DNA of 38,595 nt from Pseudomonas phage vB_PaeS-D14C. Under the pieces are notes generated by a model. That model was not told where the DNA came from. It did not search any database and saw only the letters and a program-made list of their open reading frames with translations. The stretch is from sequence record BK061477.1; one strand, 5' to 3'. The translations under genes were made by a program, and so were the position numbers. The stretch's first letter is position 1. The number at the start of each line of letters is the position of its first letter. Below, piece by piece: positions 1-6,947 of this stretch.

Positions 1-441
1 TCAGTATTTATCGCGGAATCGGCTTGCGACACGAGCAAGGCAGGTCATCATCTCGCGCTGGCTAGCCTTACCATGGGCATCAGGGTGAAGGAGGGCAAGC
101 AAGGAGTAGCGGTTTTCCTCGAATAGCCCCTGGACGTAAACCAGGGCGGCGTCCTGTTGCGGAGCACCGTTCGGGCAGGTTCTGTCACGCTGAGGTCGGT
201 TGGCCGGGAACACCGTGGGCGGAATAGCGATGTGGATGTGCATCAGGCCGGCGCGATAAGCCTCCTGCGGCACGACATATGGCACATCACGCCCGAAATA
301 GGGTGGCAGCCAGAGACGATCAGATTCGATGTAGCGGGCAAAATCGCGGCAGAGACCATCAAGGAGAGAAGGGAAATCCTTCAGGACGTCCTGGAAGAGC
401 TCGGCGTAGGTTTCTGGATTGAACTCGACAATCACCGCCAT
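1..441 (-). CDS. yafO: YafO-family type II toxin (ribosome-dependent mRNA interferase), 146 aa. Complete, with its stop codon at 1..3.
   Basis: Motifs FGRD, HIHIA, LVYVQGLFEE and the C-terminal LLALLHPDAHGK...RVASRFR align with E. coli YafO as recalled from memory. It is the second gene of a two-gene minus-strand unit. Confidence 0.6.
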   Translation of the reverse strand: MAVIVEFNPETYAELFQDVLKDFPSLLDGLCRDFARYIESDRLWLPPYFGRDVPYVVPQEAYRAGLMHIHIAIPPTVFPANRPQRDRTCPNGAPQQDAALVYVQGLFEENRYSLLALLHPDAHGKASQREMMTCLARVASRFRDKY

Positions 442-449
442 CCTGGTGA

Positions 450-992
450 TCAGCTCACCAGGCGATGCAGGCGTTCGGTGCCGAGGTCGGCCAGAGATTT
501 GAGTCCTTCACCGCTTACGTCACTCTGGAAGACTTCAGGAACGGTGATTTGCTGCTTGAAGAGAATCTCGTTCTGCACGGCCATGGCGCGAACCTTAGCC
601 AGGTTGCGGCGAAAGGCGTCGTACTCTTCGCCGATTACTGGCAGTCTCGACAGTGAGCTATCGGCAGGAACAACCTCTTCTAGCTGGCGCAAGGTATGCA
701 CCACCTCGGTGAAGGGCTGCTCATTGATCAGCGAGTCAGGCACCTTATGCTCCAGCATGATCTTGCAGGATGTCTCAAGGGTGTCGCGAAGTTGGCCGAG
801 AGCAGCCATGGCGCGCTTGATGCGCTCGCGGATCTTGGCCTTCTTGGCAAGTTCCTGCTGCTGATGTTGCTTGCTGGGCTTTTGGCTATCCAGATTGGGG
901 GTTGCCGCTGCCAGTTGGGCGCACGAGGTCGAAACGCTCAGCGCCAGGCTGAGCATTGCTACCTTGGAGAAAGGAATCTTTGTGCGGGCCAT
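450..992 (-). CDS. Hypothetical 180-aa protein directly upstream of the YafO-like toxin; candidate non-canonical antitoxin partner.
   Basis: The start has a GGGAGAG Shine-Dalgarno-like motif 5 nt upstream of the ATG, and the gene ends 8 nt before the toxin start. A weakly hydrophobic N-terminal segment (VAMLSLALSVSTSC) is present. It does not resemble YafN/Phd. Confidence 0.5.
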   Translation of the reverse strand: MARTKIPFSKVAMLSLALSVSTSCAQLAAATPNLDSQKPSKQHQQQELAKKAKIRERIKRAMAALGQLRDTLETSCKIMLEHKVPDSLINEQPFTEVVHTLRQLEEVVPADSSLSRLPVIGEEYDAFRRNLAKVRAMAVQNEILFKQQITVPEVFQSDVSGEGLKSLADLGTERLHRLVS

Positions 993-1143
993 GCGGCTCT
1001 CCCGAGCAAGCTACAGGCCAAAGAATACCGCTAGTGGCACTACAACTCAATGTGAGGCGGCTATGAGGGGCCGTAGCGCGTTAAGCGCCGGGCAGGTCGG
1101 TCGTCAACTCAGCGCAGGACCGGGAGGGAAGGGGGGGAACGAA

Positions 1144-1175
1144 AAGGCCGCGCCGGGGAAGGTTCCGGCGCGGCC
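1144..1175 (-). terminator. GC-rich perfect palindrome (aggccgcgccgg..ccggcgcggcct), followed on the minus strand by CTTTTC. REP-like or intrinsic terminator.
   Basis: The 12-bp perfect inverted repeat was read directly. GAAAAG precedes it on the plus strand. Confidence 0.45.
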
Positions 1176-1238
1176 TGGTCCTTTCGGTGTTGTGCCTTCA
1201 AGGACGCCTCAATGCATCAAATGCGCGGCTGATGTGAA

Positions 1239-1266
1239 AAGGCCGCACGGGAATCGAGGCGCGGCC
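1239..1266 (-). terminator. Second copy of the GAAAAG-GGCCGC palindromic unit (aggccgc...gcggcct).
   Basis: 7-bp stem with the same conserved GAAAAGGCCGC lead as the first copy. Confidence 0.4.
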
Positions 1267-1330
1267 TGTGTCGGACGGCTGTCTTTCTTGGGCGGCGGAG
1301 GGCATCTGTCAAAGGCGGGCGGGGACGAAA

Positions 1331-1348
1331 AGCCCCGCGGGTGCGGGG
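1331..1348 (-). terminator. Third palindromic unit (gccccgc gggt gcggggc) preceded by GAAAAG; minus-strand terminator-like.
   Basis: Perfect 7-bp stem with a 4-nt loop; a T-run follows on the minus strand. Confidence 0.45.
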
Positions 1349-1395
1349 CAATTCCTGCATTACCCCCGCGCAGGAGTCGGAAGGAAAATTCCCGA

Positions 1396-2310
1396 TCAGT
1401 AGATCCTGGTAACCAGTACAGATTTTGGAACCAGAGCTCCTTTGTTGGGATCTTGCGTATATGTAACAGTGATGTCAGCTTGTATGAATTGCTGCGACGT
1501 GGCCTTTGAATAATCTACGCCGCTAGCGAATGACAGCCCCAGCTTTTTGTTCTTCGCTATAGACTGGATGCGAGCGACCCAACCTGAATGGTCACTATCT
1601 CGGTTCAGGGTGCGGATATCAATCGTGACGTTCTGGTAGGAAATTTCTTGATCGCTTGCGCTGAAATCGACGCTATCGGGCGCATCGCGCGCAGCTTCTT
1701 TGCTAATCCTCAGGTCGCTCGTGGCATCCTCGCCAGCGTAGATCGCACCGCCATTCTGGCCTGATGCCGGCTTAACGAAGTCCAGTGCTGCAGATGCAAT
1801 CTTCTTTCTGTCCTTTGACAGAGCGGCATTGACAGCAGATTCAAGCTGCTTGGGAGTGGCGTTAAATAGATTCTGACCCGCAACCATGACAACGCTATTG
1901 CTTGCGCTTATGGATGGGGCGTTTGTGCCTGACACCTTGTCTACCAAGGTGATAGCGCTTGATGCCACGACAACGAAAGCCGCAGCTGCTACGCCACCAA
2001 CGATCGTATAACGAAGTCCTTTCCCCATTTTCGTGGTCTTCAGCCAGTCCTCAAATTTCTGCCTTTCTTCAGTCGTGAGAAATTTTAGCGCTAACTCAAG
2101 GTATTCCTTAAGGCTTCCTGATTCAATCCTGGAAACCTTTAGCGCGCAGGAATCTACCTTTGCGCCACTGATGGACGAGAAGAATGCCGGGATCCCAAGG
2201 CTCATGCGCTCAAGAGCGGACAGGGCCTTGATCACATCTGGGATTGGTACAGGTTTCTTGGTGTCGTAGTAGAAGGCAAGCGGAAGGCTGACTTCCAAGT
2301 CCGTAGTCAC
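1396..2310 (-). CDS. Hypothetical 304-aa protein with one central TM helix (GLRYTIVGGVAAAAFVVVASSAITLV). Lower GC than the flanks; second gene downstream of cI.
   Basis: Long ORF in the six-frame track. Roughly 50% GC against roughly 62% in the phage backbone. Hydrophobic segment at residues 100-127. Confidence 0.6.
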   Translation of the reverse strand: MTTDLEVSLPLAFYYDTKKPVPIPDVIKALSALERMSLGIPAFFSSISGAKVDSCALKVSRIESGSLKEYLELALKFLTTEERQKFEDWLKTTKMGKGLRYTIVGGVAAAAFVVVASSAITLVDKVSGTNAPSISASNSVVMVAGQNLFNATPKQLESAVNAALSKDRKKIASAALDFVKPASGQNGGAIYAGEDATSDLRISKEAARDAPDSVDFSASDQEISYQNVTIDIRTLNRDSDHSGWVARIQSIAKNKKLGLSFASGVDYSKATSQQFIQADITVTYTQDPNKGALVPKSVLVTRIY

Positions 2311-2387
2311 TGCTCGTTTTCCTTATTGAATCCCGTAATTATTCATGGCCAGTTCACTCCCCCATGATCTGCCTATAGCTCAATCAG

Positions 2388-2861
2388 CTAGAGCGGATCA
2401 GGCGTCAAGCCGATAGGGAAACTGTCGTACCCATCGATCCTAGGGATGTCTCCGATCAGGCGGGCAATCTCTACCGATGCCTTCGGAACGTGTGGGAATC
2501 CGCGGCTGAGTTGGCGCCACATCTGCCTGGCAATATGGCGAAGCTCATGCGGACCTCCAACGCGCATCGTGTGCAGCCACACCATTAGGGCTGCGGCATC
2601 ACTTGGTTGGCCGACCTTTTGGTATTCCCTGATAGCCCGCCCTATCTTGAGCACGACGGTTGGATCCATAGAGTAAGAAACTATGGGATCAAGGAAGTTG
2701 TACCCTTCATCCTCCCAGTGGTGCCGCTGATGGGTTGCGATGGCAACGAGATAGCCGAGCTCGCTTCCATCCATAGAGGAAATCCTGTCAACGAATGACT
2801 CCATTTCCTTCCGCTGGATTCTCCCGAACCACGCCAGCATCCATCTGGATAAAAAAGCCAT
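2388..2861 (-). CDS. Hypothetical 157-aa protein immediately downstream of cI (start MAFLSRW...).
   Basis: A perfect AGGAGG Shine-Dalgarno motif lies 6 nt upstream of the ATG at 2861 (reverse complement), directly after the cI stop. The track ORF 2388..2885 was trimmed to this start. Confidence 0.6.
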   Translation of the reverse strand: MAFLSRWMLAWFGRIQRKEMESFVDRISSMDGSELGYLVAIATHQRHHWEDEGYNFLDPIVSYSMDPTVVLKIGRAIREYQKVGQPSDAAALMVWLHTMRVGGPHELRHIARQMWRQLSRGFPHVPKASVEIARLIGDIPRIDGYDSFPIGLTPDPL

Positions 2862-2871
2862 CATTGGCCTC

Positions 2872-3678
2872 CTATAAATCCCCACCCCGCCAGATGACCT
2901 TGCCTATGATGCGGTGCTCGTCGTTGTCTTCACGCGACAGGTTACGGTCTGGAAACTCGGCCTTATCCTCGTTGTCACTTCGGATTATCCAGCGGCCAAA
3001 AGTGGATGAAACCAGCCTCTTGACGATGGCTCCATCAGATCCAGCGAGCACGAAGACCTGGTGGTCTTCAGGCTCAATCTTAGATAAATCAACGAGGAGC
3101 ACATCACCATCGTTGATGGTGGGCTCCATGCTCTCACCATCCGCATAAATGACGGCCAAGCTCTTTGGGCTGACGCCCTTCGCCTTGAGCCACTCCCGCT
3201 TAAAAGCCAAGGTGGCTCGAATCTCAACATGCGGGTTCTCACTTCCTAAACCGGCCGCTGCCTTGGCATCGTACTGAGGCACGAAGGCGTATCGCTCCTC
3301 GCTCAGGTCGGCAGCATCAAGACGATCCGGGAATGGCGCATTCGCGGCTTCGCGCTCAGGCGCCTTGACTCCATCTTGGCGACTGGCGCGCCTGATTCCA
3401 GAAGCCAGGGTTGGGCTCACCTCCGACGGCTCAAACTGAAGATGCTCGGCGAGCCTGACAAGAGCCTCAAGGTTAAGCGCAACGCGTCCAGTCATGTATT
3501 GACTGACGGTGCTTTGCCCGGACTTCCAGCCGCATTTTTCACCCAGCTCAGCCTGGTTCAGTATTGGATTGTCACCGCGTTCACGCGATTCCTTGACTCG
3601 CTTCTTGTAGATGGCCTGGAGGCGCTTAGCGTCGTCCAACTGGGATTGCGACAGAGGGGTTCTTACGGGTTTTTTCAT
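2872..3678 (-). CDS. cI: CI-like phage repressor: N-terminal XRE-type HTH plus C-terminal S24/LexA-like autopeptidase, 268 aa.
   Basis: The N-terminus (MKKPVRTPLSQSQLDDAKRLQAIYKK...QAELGEKCGWKSGQSTVSQY) is HTH-like and the C-terminus (YADGESMEPTINDGDVLLVD...GAIVKRL) is peptidase-S24-like. The start was trimmed from track ORF 2872..3855 to the internal MKKPV. Confidence 0.85.
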   Translation of the reverse strand: MKKPVRTPLSQSQLDDAKRLQAIYKKRVKESRERGDNPILNQAELGEKCGWKSGQSTVSQYMTGRVALNLEALVRLAEHLQFEPSEVSPTLASGIRRASRQDGVKAPEREAANAPFPDRLDAADLSEERYAFVPQYDAKAAAGLGSENPHVEIRATLAFKREWLKAKGVSPKSLAVIYADGESMEPTINDGDVLLVDLSKIEPEDHQVFVLAGSDGAIVKRLVSSTFGRWIIRSDNEDKAEFPDRNLSREDNDEHRIIGKVIWRGGDL

Positions 3679-3712
3679 CCGAGTGATTAAGTAGCAGAGC
3701 TGATATTTTTGC

Positions 3713-3764
3713 AAACAGCACTGCTGCTGTTTTGCTTGAAAAATCAATAACAGCAGTGCTAATG
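3713..3764. promoter_or_regulatory. Immunity operator region: two palindromic sites with an AGCA-N-TGCT core (aaacagcaCtgctgctgttt and aataacagcaGtgctaat) between divergent cI and cro. A candidate PR is ttgaaa-N18-taatgt.
   Basis: Palindromes read directly from the 115-bp cI-cro intergenic region. Confidence 0.45.
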
Positions 3765-3793
3765 TGTGTGAAGGACTCCAGCGAGAGCACACC

Positions 3794-3991
3794 ATGAAGA
3801 CCGTAACCCTCATTGAATACCTGGCTGAGCACGGCACGCAGGCTGATCTGGCCAAAGGGCTTGGCGTGCAGCAGAGCGCTATCTCTCAGATGCTCCGCGC
3901 CAAGCGGAACATAACCATCACGATCCGTGACGACGGGAAGTTGGAGGCTGTTGAAACGCGGCCGATCCCGGCGCGCAAGGCCGTTGCCTGA
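3794..3991 (+). CDS. cro: Cro-like HTH repressor, 66 aa (MKTVTLIEYLAEHGTQADLAKGLGVQQSAISQM...).
   Basis: Small HTH protein divergent from cI. The start was chosen at the internal ATG of track ORF 3764..3991. Confidence 0.7.
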   Translation: MKTVTLIEYLAEHGTQADLAKGLGVQQSAISQMLRAKRNITITIRDDGKLEAVETRPIPARKAVA

Positions 3992-4023
3992 CCCCGACCA
4001 ATCTACCGGCCGGGAGGCCAGCC

Positions 4024-4368
4024 ATGACCGAATTCATGCAAATCCTGATCTTTGGGACCTCGTTGGCGATGGCCTACTTCCTGGGCGCTACGTCGTCGAG
4101 GAAGAGCTCCAGTGAAATCCGGCTGATCGACAAGTGGCCAACGGCCTACATCCAGTTCGACTCAGACATGAGCCAAGAGGATGCGCTGCGTTTCATCGAG
4201 CTGGCCCGCGAAATGGTTCTGGCCGGGCCAGAGAAAGTGACTGCCGAGAAAGCGCTGAAGGATGACGAGGAGAGCCGAGACGCTTTCTGGGCGCAGTCTC
4301 TCAAGACTGGTTTGGCCTCGTTCGAATCGCGTTCCAAGTCTTCACATAACCCTCGAGACCCCCAATGA
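4024..4368 (+). CDS. Hypothetical 114-aa early protein with an N-terminal hydrophobic helix.
   Basis: Plus-strand ORF after cro. N-terminal ILIFGTSLAMAYFLGA. Its 3' end overlaps a minus-strand ORF. Confidence 0.4.
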   Translation: MTEFMQILIFGTSLAMAYFLGATSSRKSSSEIRLIDKWPTAYIQFDSDMSQEDALRFIELAREMVLAGPEKVTAEKALKDDEESRDAFWAQSLKTGLASFESRSKSSHNPRDPQ

Positions 4369-4561
4369 CTTCGTCCGGCAGCTGCGAGTACGCCAAGAAC
4401 GATCGCATGTGCGCAATTTCGTTATCGAACCCGTCGAGAACCCTCCCGAGTTCCGCAGGTGTTAGCGAGCGTGCCATTGCCATAAGGAAGGCGTTGATAC
4501 CCATCAGTTCGCCTTTCTGCGCGTTGATCGTCGCAACGATCTTGTCGATTTCATCAGTCAT
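4301..4561 (-). CDS. Hypothetical 86-aa protein encoded antisense to the early-right operon (MTDEIDKIVATINAQKGELMGINAF...).
   Basis: Protein-like composition. The internal ATG at 4561 was chosen over the track start at 4624. Convergent with 4024..4368. Confidence 0.4.
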   Translation of the reverse strand: MTDEIDKIVATINAQKGELMGINAFLMAMARSLTPAELGRVLDGFDNEIAHMRSFLAYSQLPDEVIGGLEGYVKTWNAIRTRPNQS

Positions 4562-4704
4562 GCCCGGCCTCCGTGGCCTTTCCGTGTGGAAGCAGAAAGC
4601 TATCACGGATGCGCCGGACTCCACATTCGAAGCGCTGGCTTTCGCCGTTCCCTCAATTCACGGCTGACAGCGTATAGCACCGACCTCATGGGAAGAACTA
4701 GAGC

Positions 4705-5169
4705 ATGAAAACGCCCGTACTAGAGACCCGCAGAAAGGTAATGACCACGGTAGCCAATGCCTATCCGGGCGGTCGCGATTGCGCTGCTGCGCGACTGGGG
4801 ATTCCGCTGAAGCGCCTGGAGAACCAGATGTACGAAACGGCGGGCGTGAAGCCCCTGAGCGACGGCGACCTGTACGTCCTGGAGCAGGAGATGGGGACTT
4901 CCTATCTGCCGGACTACATCTGCGCGATGTACGGGGGAGTGTTTGTGCGGACGCCGGAAGCGGGCGATCTGGACAACGTAGACCTGCACCACCGTTCGCT
5001 GCGTACAGCGGTTAAGCGTGGACGGGTTGATCAGATGATCGCTCTGGCCCTGGAAGACGGGGAGATCAGCGCCGATGAGGCGAAGGAAATCTTGGCCCTG
5101 CATGCCAAGCACATGGCTGCCCGGCATGAAGAGGTTCGAGCCGTGCTCGAACTGCACAGGGCGAAGTGA
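4705..5169 (+). CDS. Phage CII-like regulatory protein (CP76-family-like), 154 aa.
   Basis: Position after cro. Helix-rich ~150-aa protein resembling phage regulatory protein CII as recalled from memory. Confidence 0.45.
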   Translation: MKTPVLETRRKVMTTVANAYPGGRDCAAARLGIPLKRLENQMYETAGVKPLSDGDLYVLEQEMGTSYLPDYICAMYGGVFVRTPEAGDLDNVDLHHRSLRTAVKRGRVDQMIALALEDGEISADEAKEILALHAKHMAARHEEVRAVLELHRAK

Positions 5170-5171
5170 CT

Positions 5172-5357
5172 ATGCGCCCTCGTCTCACGAACTCTGACTA
5201 CGCCGCAATGGCTAACGCTGCTGAAGAGCTGGCGGGTATGGGGTCGAGTGAGTGGAGGCGCAGATACAACAAAGCCCTGAGCGACTACTACAGGGCTTTG
5301 TCGGTGCGCAAGCCAGTTGCAGCTGGCTTGCGCGTACAGCAATACATGGAGACCTGA
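5172..5357 (+). CDS. Small hypothetical protein, 61 aa.
   Basis: ORF tightly packed between the CII-like and HNH genes. Confidence 0.35.
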   Translation: MRPRLTNSDYAAMANAAEELAGMGSSEWRRRYNKALSDYYRALSVRKPVAAGLRVQQYMET

Positions 5358-5359
5358 GT

Positions 5360-6106
5360 ATGAGTTACAGAGAGAGCATTCGCAAGTCCGTGCGCTTTGA
5401 GGTGTTCAAGCGCGACAACTTCACTTGCCAGTACTGCGGCGCCAAGGCGCCTGACGTGGTCCTGCATGTCGATCACATCAACCCGGTGAGCAAGGGCGGC
5501 GACAACGAGATCATCAACCTGGTGACCGCCTGCCTGCCCTGCAATCTCGGCAAGTCGGATCGCCTGCTGTCGGACACCTCAATGCTGGATCGTCAGCGGG
5601 CCCAGTTGGAAGACCTGAACGAGCGCCGCGAGCAGCTGGAAATGATGCTGGCCTGGCGCGATGAGCTCCAGTCTTTCGGTGAAGAGACCGTACAGCTGAT
5701 TGCCGATCGCATCACCGCACGCATGGTCGGCCACTCGGTCAACGAGCACGGCAAGACGGTAATCCGCAAATGGATCAAGAAGTTCTCCGTCGAGGAGATC
5801 CTGGACGCCCTGGACATCGCCGCCGACAAGCTCAGCACTGCGCCCGATCAGGAGGAAGTGCTGGAGTGCTTCGATGCCATTCCTCGCATTTGCGTCACCC
5901 GGCGCCTTCCCGAAGCAAAGCAGAAAATGCTCTACGCCAGAGGAATCCTGCGCCGCCGGATTTATGTCAACGAAGCTCACGTCATGCCGCTGATGGCCAA
6001 GGCCATCGAGGCGGGTCTCGAGGTGGAAGAGCTGATCGAATTTGCGAAACAAGTGAAGAACTGGACCGAATTCCGGGCAGAGATGGAGGAAATCGCAAAT
6101 GGCTAG
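5360..6106 (+). CDS. HNH endonuclease-domain protein, 248 aa: N-terminal HNH plus a C-terminal domain of unknown function.
   Basis: FTCQYCGAKAPDVVLHVDHINPVSKGGDNEIINLVTACLPCNLGK is a canonical HNH motif. GGAGA lies 7 nt upstream of the ATG at 5360. Confidence 0.7.
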   Translation: MSYRESIRKSVRFEVFKRDNFTCQYCGAKAPDVVLHVDHINPVSKGGDNEIINLVTACLPCNLGKSDRLLSDTSMLDRQRAQLEDLNERREQLEMMLAWRDELQSFGEETVQLIADRITARMVGHSVNEHGKTVIRKWIKKFSVEEILDALDIAADKLSTAPDQEEVLECFDAIPRICVTRRLPEAKQKMLYARGILRRRIYVNEAHVMPLMAKAIEAGLEVEELIEFAKQVKNWTEFRAEMEEIANG

Positions 6107-6947
6107 GGCCCGCAACATCAAACCCGGAATCATGGCAAACGAAGACCTAGCAGAGCTAGATCCTCTCGCTCGCCTACTGTTCATCTACCTCTGGATGTTG
6201 GCCGATCGGGAAGGGCGCCTTGAGGACCGCCCGAAACGGATCAAGGCCGAGGCACTTCCCTACGACAACGTAGACGCTGACTTGATGCTGGATGATCTGG
6301 CCAAGGCAGGGTTCATCCATCGCTATGAGGCTGCCGGGGTCAAGCTGATTCAGGTACTTAACTTTGCCAAGCATCAGACACCTCATGTCCGTGAGCAGGC
6401 CAGTTCTCTTCCGGGCGTTGACGCAGAACAACCAAAGAGAGAACAAGGCACAACCGAGGAAGTTCCCGTGCACAACCAAGGCTGTGCTGAGCAATCGCCA
6501 AGATCGCCTGATTCTCTGATTCCGGATTCTCTGATTCCAGAGGAAGAGCATGTCGACGCTGACGCCTCGACCCATTCCGCTCCGCAGCAAGCAGCAGAGC
6601 AAGAGCCTGGCTCCGGCCAGACCGCACAGCTGTTCCAGATTGATCGCATCCCTTACGAGAAGATCCGCGACCTGTACAACCAGATCCTCGGCGGAAAGCT
6701 CAAGCGCTGCATGGGAGTGACGGAGGCTCACCGAAAGCACATCCGCGCAGCGTACAACCTCAAGCTCGATGGTGGGTTCCCAGTCCGTGACGGTGGACTG
6801 TCGTTTTGGGAAGGGCTGTTCAACGACGTTCTGGATTGCCCCTTCATGCTGGGCAACAACAACCGGGGGTGGCGCGCAGACTTCGAGTTCCTGACAACCG
6901 CCAGCAAGATCCAGCGCTTCATGGAGGGCAAGTACGATGCCGCATGA
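6099..6947 (+). CDS. Replication initiation or replisome organiser protein (lambda O / P22 gp18-like), 282 aa.
   Basis: N-terminal LAELDPLARLLFIYLWMLADREGRLEDRP resembles phage replisome-organiser N-domains. It sits directly upstream of the DnaB-like helicase and contains tandem iterons. Confidence 0.55.
   Translation: MARARNIKPGIMANEDLAELDPLARLLFIYLWMLADREGRLEDRPKRIKAEALPYDNVDADLMLDDLAKAGFIHRYEAAGVKLIQVLNFAKHQTPHVREQASSLPGVDAEQPKREQGTTEEVPVHNQGCAEQSPRSPDSLIPDSLIPEEEHVDADASTHSAPQQAAEQEPGSGQTAQLFQIDRIPYEKIRDLYNQILGGKLKRCMGVTEAHRKHIRAAYNLKLDGGFPVRDGGLSFWEGLFNDVLDCPFMLGNNNRGWRADFEFLTTASKIQRFMEGKYDAA
6511..6539. repeat. Tandem direct repeat GATTCTCTGATTCC x2 inside the replication gene; candidate origin iterons.
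   Basis: Read directly: gattctctgattcc g gattctctgattcc, encoding SLIPDSLIP. Confidence 0.5.

Noticed and set aside
1000-1400. Possible CRISPR-like or att repeats in the GC-rich spacer
   Set aside because: The units are palindromic hairpins of varying length with a shared lead, not regularly spaced direct repeats. No spacer-repeat periodicity and no cas genes.
2872-3855. 327-aa track ORF for the repressor
   Set aside because: The N-terminal 59 codons run across the cI-cro operator region and have non-protein-like, Cys-rich composition. The internal MKKPV start at 3678 gives a canonical CI-sized protein.
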